Source: Marsupella aquatica
Taxonomy: Eukaryota > Plantae > Marchantiophyta
Direction: 5' to 3'
Assembly (NCBI GenBank): GCA_973895155.1
Contig: OZ316893.1
Location: 23,892,015 to 23,956,014 of the forward strand
Length of the DNA stretch: 64,000 nucleotides
Of this stretch, positions 22,815 to 37,315 are shown piece after piece. A program made the position numbers and the translations under genes. The notes below the pieces were generated by a model, which saw only the letters and a program-made list of their open reading frames with translations, searched no databases and had not been told where the DNA came from. Position 1 is the stretch's first letter, and each line of letters starts with the position of its first letter.

Positions 22815-23018
22815 TGTTGGAAATCACCCGTCAGATTGACTTCTCCGGATCTTGCTAGGTTAGACATATAGGACATAATCAGCCACCCTTATATGAGGGA
22901 ATTTTTAGGGCTTTAGCTCCTGGCTGTGAGTCACCCGGGCTGTAGGAATCATGTATAAGAACCGGATCCGTGCAGTTCATTTGATATCTCAATCATTCAC
23001 ATTGTGTCAATTCCAACA
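22815..23018 (+). repeat. 3' LTR of the Copia element (204 bp)
   Basis: Preceded by the polypurine tract 22805-22814; TGTTGGAAATCACCCG...TTCCAACA followed by the TSD ATAGC. Confidence 0.95.
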
Positions 23019-26000
23019 ATAGCTCCAACAATCTACTCATTTTCTCTTATTGGAACTCTTCTCGGTTGGCATTGGATCTCGAGAGAATGCACTGTGAATT
23101 GTTGCAAGTAACTCTTACATCCCAGCTCAAATTCTCGAGCATCCCTGAATTTTTTTGGCATCTTTGACACCCCGCTCAGCTTCACAAGTAGTGCAAGAGT
23201 AGACCAATTACCATGCCCAAATTTTGTAAGATATTGTTCTGATAAGACTCAAAGATGACATTATGACAATGCCGTTGCTCCAATTTGTTGCCATGACAAG
23301 ATTTGGATGGTATTTCTTTTGATTATCACAAACATCAGATAATATGCCACTGGTTGATTTTTTCACCCCAGCAAGAACAGTGGATTCATACCCGAGATTG
23401 AACTATTTCTTCAGTGCATTTCATCAAAGGTGAATTGACGTCAGCATTGCTTTATTTTCTTATCATAGCAAAAACTATTGCAATTCTTCACACCACAGCT
23501 TTTGTCAAGATGCGCTTCTAGTGTTGGTTGCCCATTTTCTTACAATGGCAGCATCTTTTAACCAGAGATTAGCAATATTTGTTTAGATTTTCAGTCCCGT
23601 TTTCAGTACTAGGAGCCTCAATGCCCATTCTTTGAATGATAATGAAATGATGATAAAATCTTTAATGCATGTCATCATTCCACCATATTATATCTTTCTT
23701 TCCATGCACATAAATTTTGGTGAGGCCCTAGAGTCACTCTTTAGAGGTTTCACTCTACAAGCCTAGACCCCAACTCTAGCTTCCTTTCTTACTTTAATTA
23801 AGTAAATAGTGTAGGTGAAGTGCATTCCACCCAATGAACAGGGTGTTGTTGACCTACTTGACAATAACTTAGTAAGCCTCTCATCCGTAAGGAACATCGT
23901 GGCAAGCATTAGCCTGGCCACCTTACAACTATCAGATCATCATATTGTCCATGGTAGAGTACTCAAAATGGAAGATATTCTAAGCATATAGGGGCTACCA
24001 ACACTTTTGTACTAGCGGACATGGACATAAGGATGCTGCCATCTGGCCAATCTCTCTTTGAGGCCCCTCAGCTAATTTGGTTGGTTATTATTTCAACTTT
24101 GATTTTAGCCTAGGAGGGATGTTTTGTTTTTTACTTTTCCATTTTGAAATTAACGCCCTATATGTCTTTATCATTTCTCTCTATGCACACCCTGCGTTCC
24201 ACCTTAATTATTTAGTCCCATTGCAAATGTTTGTATCTTTGTTAAGAAGATTTGGTTGAGTGCAGGGATTGATTGCTTGACCTCCCCACTTTCCAACCAG
24301 GACATCTACCACTGGGATATGCCATACGCTGAGAAATCAGCCCATGATAATATACTTAACCCTTAGCCCGAGCCTCCTTCATGAGTGCACATAGATCAAG
24401 GCACCCTTAACCTTTAGCCTGAGCGTCCTTGATGAGCGCACACAATTCGTGACAGATTGTCGCGCTGTGATGCTCCCACTCAAGTTTTTAATCAATTTCA
24501 TTTTTGATATTATGACCGAGTGTTCATATACTTTCTCAATAAGTTAAAAACAGTACTGCATTATCATTCTCTAAAAGATTAACACTTCAGTCAACAATAA
24601 AATCAAAATTAATAAAAATACTTAACACGTTATCGTAGGGCCCATTAGGGCCCATTTTTCATCCGGCCTTGCCGGCACGAACATTTTTAAAACGGACTTA
24701 ATGCAGAAATTAAGTTAGTCACAAGCACTAAAACGTACAGTACCGTCGTCGACACTTGTTCTTTCGACATACTTTGGGACAAAGTACCGTATGTATAAAT
24801 ATGTATAAATTATCGTGTCTATCCGTTAAGCTGTCATTCGCAAAGTGTAATTAGATGTCCACAATGTGTCAGGACTCATAAGTTCCGATGGGAACCGTGT
24901 ACCAGTCGTTAGTACTGACAGTGCCTATCTCCAGTTTCCAGCTTTCTATCCGTGGCCGCCACCCTGAATTAATGAGCCTCGTAACTCGGGCCATTGCGGT
25001 CATTCCGAATTCCGAAAGATCAGCGCCGTCATTAGATTCAGGAATCGGGATACAGTTTTGCCGCTGAGACGCTGAGTGTATATCGATTGAATGTGACTGT
25101 CCGTGGTTCATCTAGCGACCAGGACACCAGGTCGTATCTCAGATTTCCAAATGAACGATCCTGTTAGAGAGAGTATGCTCGTGTGAACTTACTTTGCAGT
25201 AAGATGCTACTTTTGTAACTGGCGCGGTGTATTATTGTGTTCTCATCAATGTCAAAGTTTTCTAGGGCGAGATATCCTGTAGCGAGTCTCCCAAGTGACG
25301 GCTACATTAGTGCCCTCTCCGAGTTGAGAATTATTTTAATACAAAAGATCTTTAGCAGAGAGTCTCTAGAGACGGCTACATCATTCGTTAGCAATGTAGC
25401 AACTGTAGCGAGTCCCTAATAAGGACTGCAGAGAGATATTGTATCCACCAGATTAGGTACCGTATCTCAACACTCTGTGCGACCATTTCTTGGGACATGA
25501 TATTTGTACACATCAAAGACAGGGTCCCTGCTTCCTTATGGTAAATGGATCCAAGTGGGAGCAGCGGGCTTTGGTGTATTTACGCTCCTTCTAAGCTGCA
25601 GTTGCTCAACGAAAAAGAAAAGTCGAAGAGCTGTAGCGACCCTCGAGTGACGGCTACATCATTATCTTTCGTAGACTATGGGGCACATCGTGTATGTAGC
25701 CCAATGTCCCTAAGTTCCATGTCAACAGCTCTGGTTTAACCCAGAAAATCCTACTGTAATTGTTTTGGCCTCCAATTGTTATAATTGTCTTGGCTTCGGA
25801 AAGCTTCTTTGCATTCAATTCAAGTTCCGAATGTGGCAGTTGAGGGTGGCGAAGTAAGTCGACATAGTACACAGTTAACATGAGATTTCATTTGAATTCA
25901 ATTGCAGCACTGAGTCGAAATGGGTATTGTATGTAAGGTCACCGAGTTTTCATTTGAACTAAATTTCAGTACCGAGTCGACAGGCTTTCGAAAGATCTTT

Positions 26001-26845
26001 CCATGATAACATCGGGCCACCTGATGCCAAAACTTAATGGCTCGGAATACACCCTATTTCTACGATGATGTCAGCCGACAACTTCCGTTACGGAGGTCAC
26101 GGACAGATCTGCTAGTGCAGTGCCAGTTAATATGTCATACTGTAATCACATTATTACGGTACGGGATGCCAGCGACGAGTAGAAACATTGGAATTCGTAA
26201 CTTGCCTCTGTCATTTGCTATAATTTAGTTTCCTCGTGCTCGAAACTGACGTATCGACGAGGATTTTCCATCATTCTTAACAAGATCTTCCATCATAACT
26301 AAGTCCCTGAAATCTCCGTATCCAGGCACTAATTGAAATGAGTCAATGATCGAAAAATTACACCAAATCATGTGAGTTAATGGTTGCTTCTCTTCAAAAA
26401 ATGGAGTAGGGGGATTCATCACACGAAAAGGCAGCACTTACGAGGGGCACAGTAAGAATACTCAGGAAAATATCCAACGCAAAGGTTTGTGACCAAAGAC
26501 AAGACATACAATATTTGCCAAAAAGGCTCTAAAATTCATTGAACGCGATAAATACATGAGGTGCCCCGAAAGGGTGTACAAGATCTCATACGAAGCTAGC
26601 TAAATCTAATCCGCACAGATCGCCCAGAAGCGTGCCACTCCGTTCAAAATAGCAGTTGTAGTAGGGCGATTGATTTCCTAATCGGAATGATTGATCTCCT
26701 TATCGAAGCGTAGCAATCTTTTTCGAGCTAAAAAATCTGATCTACAAGAATTCCCGCAAAATGTCTTGCATAGCTCCGTCAGGAAGGAGCAAAAGAAACT
26801 CGCGCGGCTCACTTATATAATGAAAAAGAGCACATCCGGCCAAAC

Positions 26846-29767
26846 TTATGTTGGAGGAAATAACTTATGGAGATTCCAGGGAAGTCGGTAGAACTCCTCG
26901 TTCCTTGGATCGACACTGAAGTGGTGAAATCTTGACCACCAATGCATACCACGATCTCTGTGAGAAATGGCCATTGTCACAGTATTGTCCAAGAAAGCCG
27001 CCACGAGAAGGGCCACGACCACTTGTGATTCGAATATGACGTTGAAAATGTCATTGAACTGTGCAGCCAACACCCACACATTTATAAAACGTCAGGGCTA
27101 AGGTCAAAACTAAATCATGATCACCGAATGCAAATTTTGGCCATCACCGGTCATCTCGTCAACAGACTTACGTACCCAATGTGCCGACGTGTGTACAGGT
27201 CCCTGACCAGCACTGACAGTGTACGAGTTGAAGTACTCAGGGACAGAAAACGCGAGGTAGAGGGATGTGCCCACAATGAAGAGGTTCCTCGTTGAATTGA
27301 TGTTCGTGAATTGCAGAATGTTTATTCCTGTGGCGGCAACAATTCCCAGAACTATACACAAGACAGCCGCCAACATGGGCAGTGGGATTGAGGCAAATAT
27401 GGCCCCAAATTTACCTGTCAACATAGTGCAATACGTTAGCGAACACTGAAGTGAATTGAACCGTAATGTAGAAAACCCGCAGAGCTCTCCATGCACAAGG
27501 ATCGAGAATACAGGTACGAGTCTAGCAACGTACCAAAGAGGCCAAAAAAGATCATCCACAGTGCACCAACTTGAACTACTCGCCGACTCCCCACCCGTGT
27601 GAGGCCAATGAGCCCAACGTTCTCTCTGCCCATGACATGAGGCATCGCACGCGTCAGCACCATTTCAACGGGTAACAATTCCTCAAGAAATCACGTAACC
27701 TTGGAACCTAAGAAAGGACATACTTACGGCGAAATGGTTGCTCCAGCAGCAGTACCGAACAACCCACCAAAAAGAATTCCAACTCCCTGTGGAGCAGATC
27801 AGAAAATGAGTGAATCACACTTCAGCCGTCACCGTTCCTGAGAAAACACGGAGCAAGAGTTGAATTCCACAAGTACGCTAGACCCATTGGTATTTACCTG
27901 CCAGCCGATACCTCGAGAAATCACATGAGGGGGAGGCGGTGTTGCCCCTGAAAGTCGAGAAGCAGCGTAGAACCCTGCGGTAGACTGGCCGGGGAGAGAA
28001 CAAATCACAAAAGTATCCCAACCAAATTGTTCGATAAAACTGGAATGTTGGAGCTGGAATGCTATATTTAATTTAGTTGCTCGAATTTGAAGGATTGCTC
28101 TCACCTCTGCAAGCGCCGCGATGACCCCAGCCATCATCCCAAACGCATGGCCAGCGTCGAAGGTGGGCGCACCCCACTGCAATGGGTAGGGGACCCTAAC
28201 CCTGCAAGACTCACATTTCTCCACGTTGAGATGAATGGACAGATTACCCAAGAGGGACATTATAGGTAGGAGACAATTTAGTTCACTTCTAGGACGTACC
28301 AAGGGGCGCTGCTGATAAGACCTGCGCGGTTGGTTTGGCAATGCTGTTTGCCTAAGGCAGACGCGTGCTTGTAAGTTCCGCTCACTGTCAGAACGTGCGC
28401 GTATATCCACACAACCCCCAGTCCCAACACTACCGGAAACAGTTCGAAGATATGGAAGTGATGACGGATTTTAATCCGGAGATGCTTGAAGTATTGAGAG
28501 AACACGAAAATGACGATGATGGCCGGAATACCGATCTCAACACATTTTGCAACCTGTGATCAAGACATGCACCAGATCGTCAATCCTAATCTAACATATC
28601 GGTTGAATAGGAACTGCTTTGACTGTGGCATGAAGGATTGGGAATGCTAATCAATGCAGGAGACATGCATACCTGCGAAAATCCGAAGGCGTAAACGCCC
28701 AGCCCGTACAAGGCAACAGTTGGTGCAATTGAAATGGGGCTCAGAAATCTGAACCCAAAGCAGTGAACATGTCTCAGAATGCATGCGGACCTCATACTAT
28801 TCCAAATGGTTTTTGAGAAGTTGCTGAAGAAAGGGAAAACATCACCAGCAACGAATTCAGATACGAACCTGCATGCTATCCCCCAGAGTCCGCTAAAACC
28901 CAGGACTATCTGGAGGGCCGATGACCCAATCAAAGCGCCTTGGATGGCACGTATGGTGTGCAAGAACCTCTGCAAAAAGGTTGCAAGCCGAGGTTCGGAT
29001 GAGCAGCGGACCGAAAAAGTTGGAACGAAAATGAGCTTCACGACAAGTAAGGATATCCGCAAGTATGCATTCTGCACTGAAGATTCACCTCGTGTGGATC
29101 GGTTATAGTAGTAAGACTAGACGAGTTGATAATCGTCAGCGTTGGAATGAAGTAAGCGAATGAGACTCCAGACACCACCGGAAGTCGAGTGCCCACAAAC
29201 GTCTGTATCAACGTGTTGATACCAGACACAAAAAACATCGTCTGAATGACTCGAGCCGTGTCGCCCTGATTCAGATACGAAAATTCTGTTGGTTAACCGC
29301 AGGTGAAACGGACATAGCTGACGTTCAATGAAAGAGCATCTCAGATAACGTCCCAGAGAACGTCCACAGCAGGACAATCTACTCACAGTGTCGCCGCCCA
29401 TCTGAGGAACTAGAAGCAATGCCGAGAAGACAATCGGGAAGAGCAGGACTATGTAGTGCTGGAATCCCAGAAGAATGATTTCGGCTGCAACCAAAACATG
29501 ACAACGTCTTATTTCACAAGTGTAATCGAGAGGTCGTCGCAGGAGCTCCGTGAACTTCCAAACTTCTAATTGGGTACTACGAATCCAAATTGCATGGCGA
29601 TTCAGCGAGGATTCGGACCACGTTGCAGAATCAAAGCAAACTCAGGCGCAGAACTTACGCCAAACGGGATGGTCGTTGATGCAGTATCTCAATCCGGGGA
29701 GCTGCTCCTGGATGGGATGGTGCAGCGGCTCCGTGTCCTGCAGCTGAATTTTGTTGGCCTTCCCCAT
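26846..29767 (-). CDS. NAT: Nucleobase-ascorbate transporter (NAT/NCS2), paralog A; 12 coding exons: 29767-29659, 29484-29387, 29265-29089, 28969-28869, 28748-28673, 28553-28300, 28201-28105, 27984-27898, 27786-27728, 27625-27534, 27414-27176, 27058-26846
   Basis: QEQLPGLRYCIND; TM1 GFQHY; GTRLPVV; PYPLQWGAPTF; NAT signature ENVGLIGLTRVGSRRV; C-terminal DRGMHWW..DPRNEEFYRLP..FPPT. All introns are GT-AG with consistent phases. Confidence 0.95.
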
Positions 29768-32700
29768 TCCTTGAAACGGGACCACGGCCATTTTCGGGTT
29801 CTGCTTCTTCTCTATCACCAATCTCTACAGCGGTCCTAGACCGCGACAACTAGGAATGAAATCCCCCGGAACGCCCGATCGATCCTTCCTGGTGTCTCGA
29901 ACAGCTCCAACTTCAGCAAAACCTCCGAGCATTCCTAGAACAACAATGACCAAACCGAATGGGAGAGTGTCCCGACTCACGTATCGGCCCGACAGACGAT
30001 AAACGCAGCAACAGTCTCCGGTGGAGCAATTCTAATCTTATAAACGCCGCAACTCTAGCGAACACTCTCTCGAGCTCTAGCCCTCACTTCACTGAGTCGA
30101 GTCCCTCAACAGTGGTCGAGACGACACAACAATAGTCAGGTGAAACAACAGTCTCCGAAACGACTGGCAGACAGGACTGTCGATGAATCTCATCAGAATT
30201 CTAGCGTCTGCCACGACAAACCAGCCAGCCAGCCAGACGAAAATCTGACTCGAGAAGCCGGGACGCGCTGTGGAATGGAATGGAGAATAAGCGTCCACTT
30301 TCGCAGAGATTAAAGGCCTTCCGGAGTGTATGCTCATCGTCTACTTGTTCAGTCTCCAGTCTTCTTGAGCGAGCTGAATGCTGAAGACTGCAGACTGCCG
30401 ACGCGCAGGAACACGAAGCAACAGTAAAATTATTGAGCAACGGTCCTCTGACGTAATTACTTTCCTAATTCGGCTGCTAAGCACGTCGCTTTCACCTGTA
30501 CAGTACGTCACGTTAGTAAATCGGCCTTTCCATATTTGGCGGTAGTTCACCGAACTTGAGTACCTGACCGCGGTAACTAACGGAGGACCAGCGTAATTAT
30601 GTTACAAGTGGCGAAAATTCGGTAGATTCCACTTCTCCCAAACGTTTTCGACTCTTTTCATTTTTCTCATTTCACAAAAATTGACCTTAGTAAATTTATA
30701 AATTCTGTGATTAATCGAAGTCATCTCATAAACTCTCAGCCATTAGATTTCCCCAATTGGAGCATCGGGATCATTTTCGTGAGTGAGCGCATATGAAGGT
30801 TGTGTGGGACAAAAGTGAAGACTGGTGGGATTGCATGCTTGGATGCTGCACATAAAATAATGTGTATCTACTTCTCACCGTCAGATATCCATCACCTATA
30901 AGAAATCTAAGTGTTGCAAATAAAAGTGAATGTCCATGTATCCATGATATGTCAAGGCCTAGTCAATGCTTAAAGCAATCTTCCATGCATCCACTCCATG
31001 CCAAAGCATAATTAAATTTATCTCTCTCCTTCAAGTGCGATACATACTTTCGCTTGCTCGCCATCCTATAGAGCCCATACATGTGTAGAGACATTTAGGC
31101 ATGCACAGACCTAATTGCCCCATACAGACTGCACAGACATTTAGGCATGCTCATGTTTTCTTCTGTTGCAATTTTTACTTTTAAAAAACAATGCATCCAC
31201 TTAAAACTAAGTGTTGGGTGCCCTGCTTTGCGTAACTATTTGTAAACCTTATATGACAAAGCTCTTTTGAGGTTTCACAAAATACTCCATAATAGTTTGC
31301 TAGTTTGGCCCAAAACTTTAAGAATTATTTACATTGCACCAACCCAGATGGCTGGATGGTAGTTAGTTTTCAAAATTGCAGCAAGATCAGAAAGATTAGT
31401 TTCAGTGGAGAGACTAAAGCAACAGGTCATAAGACAGACCCACAGTTCTCAGAAAGCATTGAAGTTCAGAACTATCACTACTTTGATTATAAAGACAGCT
31501 TGATAGAAAATGGTTTCTGATCTTGATGGGCAAGTCAAAAATTCCAAGATGGAAAGTAAAGTTTGAAAAATATGACGTATGTTTCCTCATAACAACCTGT
31601 GAGAGAAGGGTTGGCTTGTTGGGGAACCCCACATTGCATATAACAATTACAAATCATTCCACTAGTCCAAAGTGAAAATTAGTTACAATTTTTAGGGTAC
31701 TTATGTATGCTCAATGCCCGTAAGGAAGCATTTGATTTCATTCAACATCACAAAGGGACTAAGAGGAGTTGAATGCTAGAATATATACATTCCACTATTG
31801 ATACTGATGTAAGTACAAAGATTATAAATCAAGTACAGCTAGAATCACATCTACATATGACCCAGTTATTCTATAAGTGGGCCAGTTAGCTCCAGTGGAT
31901 GTAGTGAGTATGTAAAGTCCAAGGTTGTAAAACAAATCTATGCTATGGTGACCAGGTCAGTTTGGGGCTAGCTTGTGCTTGGCTGGCAATGTTTTGAGTG
32001 TGTTAGTGTATGTGTTGGATGATCTAACAGACATCTCCTTGCCAGCAATGGTCCTTGTTGGGACATTGGTCAGCAGACTATCCTCGCTGGTCCCCCTACT
32101 TGACCTCACTTTACTCAGGCAACCAACAGAGGCACATACAAAAGAAAGTGGGGGGAAATGTACCAATCATCCCCCAAGTCATCTCAACCTGCGGCAAACT
32201 ATATATCGTTTAATTGTAAGTTCTAAAATGATATGATTAAGTTTACCCACATAGACTGAAGCTTGTACGCAGTGGATAAGGAAAGAATCTCATCTGGGTT
32301 GCAACTAGGCCAGGGAATTTTGGCACAACTCTTTGTCCCATCCTGTTGCTTGTCTGAGATGATGTTTGTATTTGATTTCCATTCTATTCAAGCATTCTGG
32401 TACACTTGGCAACAATCTAAGCTTTCAATAATACAAGGAATGGTGGGTATGCAACAATCATATTTCAGTAGAAAAAGTATGAGAATATTGGAAGCTTTGT
32501 GTATCCAGCCAAATTTCTGTTCAATAGAAGTCTGACAATTGTACTTCCTTGCTTAAAATCTATCGTTGTGTTTCTTTACAAGTTTCATTGTAGGCTTATG
32601 CTTCTCATTGACAATCCCCCCCTGGTAGTTTGGAGCATTTCCAATTTCTTTAGCCCTCACTTATTATTCAATAGCTACCATATATACATCTACTTCCAGC

Positions 32701-33079
32701 CCAATTTTGCTACAATGGGCACTATCTGGAGTGCTGCAATGTCATTACAAAAGTTTTAAGAGAGAAGGGGTTAAGGGGGTAATGTACTTGCTCACCCAAC
32801 TCATTAAAGATTTGCTAATTCATGAGCTAATTTTCAGGTAAAATTATAGCCAGTGACTTTTGTTGGTCAAAAACTCACAAACTCTAGCCAAGACTAACCA
32901 AGGCTAATGAAAAAGGATAGTCAAACCTAACTAAATTAACTAGTACATGACTTCCTCTACCTGCTGTAGTGCTTGGAGACAATGCACATCAATGCAAAAG
33001 CTTATCAAAACACAAGCAAAAGAAACTGATAATGCTTCAATCTAATTTTGTATAGTGGATACTCAAAACAATATTTCCA

Positions 33080-36000
33080 TTAAGCACTCAAGCTGGCATG
33101 GATGGAAGGAAAAGGGGAGTGTACTGAACCAATCTTGGCATTTGATAAGGGGAGTTGCAAAATGAGGAAAACGTACATTGAGAAGCAAGGGTCACCTAAG
33201 CAAAGAGAGGAAGAACTGCTGCTGCTGCGGGATAAATTATGGGTGCTGAAGACGACCATAATGGAGGAATACTCTGAAAACAAACTTCAAGAGTATGTTG
33301 ACACAGAGGACCTATTACATGCTGCGGAGTTAGAGGAGGCACACAGAGGAAGAAGACTGGCAAGAATTAAATGGTTGGGGGAGGGAGATGAACCCTCTCA
33401 TTTCTATTTTGCAACTGTGAAGGCTAAGAGAGAACAAGAAGTGATGAAGAGTTTGTTACTGGAAGGAGGGTAGACGGTGATTACAGATCCGGTGCACATA
33501 ATGAAGGAGGTGGAACAAACATGTCAGGAATTGTATGCTCGGACTAGGGACCCATGGAGCAGGAGCGTCTGGTCTCACTTAACGAAAGAAGCAGGTTGCT
33601 TGAGCATACTAGGGCAGCACTGACCACAGCACAGATAACTATGCTGGAGAAGTTGCCAACAAACACGGAAAATTAAAGAGGTACTTTGGATGCTCCCAAA
33701 GGACAAGGCTCTTGGACCGGATGGGTTGTCTGCTGAGTATATCAGGCATGCTGGGAATTTTTGCAGCAGGACCTGTTCGCCATGTTTTTACAAGAATTTT
33801 GGTTGACAGGCCAGCTGGCGAGTGGGATAAAGGAAGGGATCATCAAATTCATTCCCAAGAAGGCAGATAAATGGATGCTACAGGACTGGCGGCCACAAAC
33901 CATGCTAAATATAGTATACAAGTTGATTGCCAAAATTCTGGCTTGCAGGCTGATATGTATCCCGCCCCGGCCGATTAGCCCTCAACAGGCAGGATTTATC
34001 CCTGGTCGTAATATATTGGAGAATATATCACTTGCATGGTTGACTTTTGATTGGGTGAAAAATAGGAAGTACGGGAGGAAGTATAAGGAACTCTTTCTTA
34101 AACATGACTTTGAGAAGGCATTTGACCGTGTAGACCAGGGCTACATTTGGGAAACTATGCACTTGCATGCTCGGGATCGGTGGCAATTTCATTAAATTGG
34201 TGTAGGCACTGATGCAACACGCTACATCAAGGACACACTTGAATGGAATGCTTTCAACAGACATTGGGCTCCAACGGGGGGTTAGACAAGGATGCCCCTT
34301 GTCTCCTCTCCTCTTAGTTTGTGATCTCAACACAGCCACTGATGGATTTTATGGACGCAGAACTGGTTGTGGGCAGGCTTGAAAGAATACTAAGAATCTG
34401 TTATCGACTGGTCGTGGATGACTTGGGGATGTTTATCCCAACAAAGGAGAGAAACTTTCAACACGTTATAGAGGTGGTGAAATGCTATGAGTTGGCAACA
34501 GGGGCTCGCCTTAACTTATGGAAATCCATTGTGATACCACTAGCGATGATGATTACGCCATGGTGGCTTAGGGACACTGGTTGTGTGATCAGTGGTAAGG
34601 GGAACTCCAGAAATATCTTGGAGCTCCCCTGGGGTGATCTGAAAATGGAACAACTGCATAGCTACATATTGGATAAAATTGGACAAAGGCTCTCATCTTG
34701 GGCCAACAAGCTGTTGACATTCACAGGCAGAACTCTGCTTATAAGGCACATTCTATAGGCAATACCAATCTGTCACTCAATGTTTCTAAAGGCTTCTAAT
34801 GGGCTGGCAAGGAAAATGACTGCAATATATAGAGATTTTCTGTGGGGGTATAATAGAGAAGGAGGAAGGAGGGTGCCTTTGGTATATATCCTGGGCTCGC
34901 ATTCCTCGTCATAAGGCGAACGGGGGACTTGGAATCAAGAATTTCAGAAACCATTCGAATGCGCTACTGGCCAAATGGTTTATTGGGGCACTGGATTCCT
35001 CCAGATTGGAATGGGCTTGTTTGTTCTCTGCAAATCTGAAACTGATTGGATGGGCCAACTACAAGGTAGTAAGAAGAAACAAATACACGTTTAGGGACAA
35101 GATGTTGCTTTGCTGTCTGAGAACACTGTATGACTAGCATATACGGGTGGGCTCTAGAAGGCACGGGAACTGCTACGGGAAAATTTGATCTTATATATGC
35201 TTCACGGACCGAGTACCAGGAAGATGGGCAATAGGGGACACAATCAGGTGTTTGAAGGGCTTTTAGGCATGGAGCAACAAGGAAAGCCTACCCATTCACC
35301 CACAAAGTCTCGTGACAACAACATTTGGTGTATACAAGATCTTTGGGTGGAGGAGAGACAGGGATGGAGAACGGTGAGCAGGAGATGGGAGAACCTGCAT
35401 GGATTCACATTGGAACACCAAATTTTGGGAAAAAAATTCATGGACGCAGTGGCAAACATCAGGCATTGTGTATGGGGGTATGAACCTGGTCCTAGATGTT
35501 GGTGCTGGCCGGGCAGACTGTCCGGATCCACTGAAGAGTTTGGGAATTCAGAATAGAAGAGCTTATAGGATGATTTGGACTGAGTGCAACGACACCCCCA
35601 ATCTGAACCAAACATGGGGGATATTCAGGACAACTGGGGGCTCGAGTATAGGATGGACTGGTATATGGAGATCTGGTTTGACTATGAACGCTAAGACCTT
35701 TCTATGGAGGATAATAGCATTTGGTTTGTTCTTTGGAGTGAGGGCGATGAAGATAGGTAAAGGAAGTGGTGAGTGCAAGTTGTGCCCCGGGATTCTAGAA
35801 TCCATTCCCCCATCTCTTCATTGAATGTGCACATGCACAAATTAAAATGTTGGGCTTTTATGTGCTAGATGTTTTGATGGTACATTTGCAGATCACTCAG
35901 GTGGTCTGATTGGGTTGATTGATTATGCTATTGGAAGGAATCCCTGTAAGGTAATGAAGTTGTTTATGCTCTACCAGATACTTTGGATGCTGTGGAATGG

Positions 36001-36441
36001 CAGGAATGAGCACATGTTCAAGATAGAGGGAACCAGGAAGTTGGATCTGTGCTTAATACTATCTGAAGTGGCGGGATCATGTCTCAGCGGTGATACTCAC
36101 CCTACCGACTTGCAATAAAAGAACGAGGTTACTTAGGGCCAAAGAGATGATTAATAGGGAAAGGATGCTATGGATCAACCGGAGGGACATCTGGATCACA
36201 TTGGGCTAGAAGTAGATTCTGGCCTGATGATGGTGGCTTGTTGATGATGAGGGTTCTGTCTGTCAATTAGGCATATTGATAGGAAGATGGGCTGCCCCTG
36301 GAAGTACTCGTGCTAGGGACACTTGCACTGTTTGCTCTTTGGCATACTTGCATCCCCTTTTGTGATGCTATTGATTCTGCTTGTTCCCCTTGCCACGGGG
36401 CTTTTGTGGTCCAAATCTATAAAATTAAAATATTTTTCAGG
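33080..36441 (+). mobile_element. 5'-truncated, decayed L1-type LINE (ORF2: RT and C-terminal zinc-binding region)
   Basis: KWLGEGDEPSHFYF, DWRP.TMLNIVYKLIAKILA, QAGFIPGRNI, DFEKAFDRV, GVRQGCPLSP, GRTLLIRHIL, CKLC and LWNGRN, with many stops and frameshifts. A-rich 3' end. 15 bp TSD AAA(A/C)CAATATTTCCA at 33065-33079 and 36442-36456. Confidence 0.92.
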
Positions 36442-36661
36442 AAACCAATATTTCCAGTTTACTCCAGGAGTTTCACATTTGGTATACTATAATGTGAAGG
36501 GATGCGTACACTTAAGCAATGCAAACCATTTAGATGGAAATTAGTGTGGTCTAGGCAAGAAGACTCCGCATATATATATATTGAGTATTGAGCATTTTCC
36601 TTATTGTGTCCTCAAGCACTATAGTGGGGCTAAACTCAACTAGTGATTAAATCTCCATATT

Positions 36662-37315
36662 TTTTATTTTTAAGTAGAGGAGGGGCAGGCCCTATCAATT
36701 AGAAAAGGAGGCAAAAACCACCCAGTCAAATTGAGAGAGCACAAAATCAGGAGGGAGGGTGCCCCTAGGCCCTCCCCCCCCCCCACCACCACATTGGTTG
36801 ACACACAGGACCATCAGAGTCAGACTGACCCTTCAGACTGATGTCCAAATAGTCAACTAGACTAACCATGTTGTAAACGCAACCCATGTACACCACATAT
36901 GATTCATGAAACTAATCTGCCAGCGGTTAACAGTAATGTCCTTATCAGACAGGTCACTAACACGAACAGGCTCATAGAAGTTGCAAGGTCCATCCCGCCA
37001 CTGCTCCAATCCACCAAGATCACTGAGGGGCGGCGGCAAGGGCCAAAAATTCTCAGTGATCATCATTGTTTTCATTAGAGTTGACCTCAGTCCGTCCCCC
37101 CCCCCCCAGTTACCTTGCTGGAGAATGTCTTGCGGCGCTTGAAGGGTCTTCTGAAGTTGATTGCTCTTCTTACTAGTGTTGCTGGTGCTCATCATGATTT
37201 TGAGATGGTGTGCAGTGTTCTTAAGTGTCACCCAAACTGGGATCTTCCCCATGGGATGGTTGAGGCCACTGCATTCCGCTCATTCCAGAAGCCTGTCTTT
37301 AACCTAGGTCCGCTC
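36662..37315 (-). mobile_element. Short 5'-truncated LINE 3' fragment
   Basis: The minus strand encodes FWNERNA, a LINE ORF2 C-terminal WxERN motif. A T-rich tail on + (poly-A on -) lies at ~36661-36672. The 11 bp TSD ATCTCCATATT lies at 36651-36661 and 37316-37326. Confidence 0.75.

Larger units (their letters stand above)
15209..23018 (+). mobile_element. Ty1/Copia LTR retrotransposon, decayed, with two nested insertions
   Basis: TG..CA LTRs at 15209-15456 and 22815-23018; 5 bp TSD ATAGC (15204-15208 / 23019-23023); PBS TGGTATCAGAGC; PPT TGAAGGAGGG; gag-integrase-RT-RNaseH order. Confidence 0.95.

Noticed and set aside
31878-31956. tRNA-like sequence (GGCCAGTTAGCTCCAGTGG...GGTGACCA)
   Set aside because: An A-box-like start is present, but there is no intact TTCRA B-box or cloverleaf; at most a decayed SINE head.
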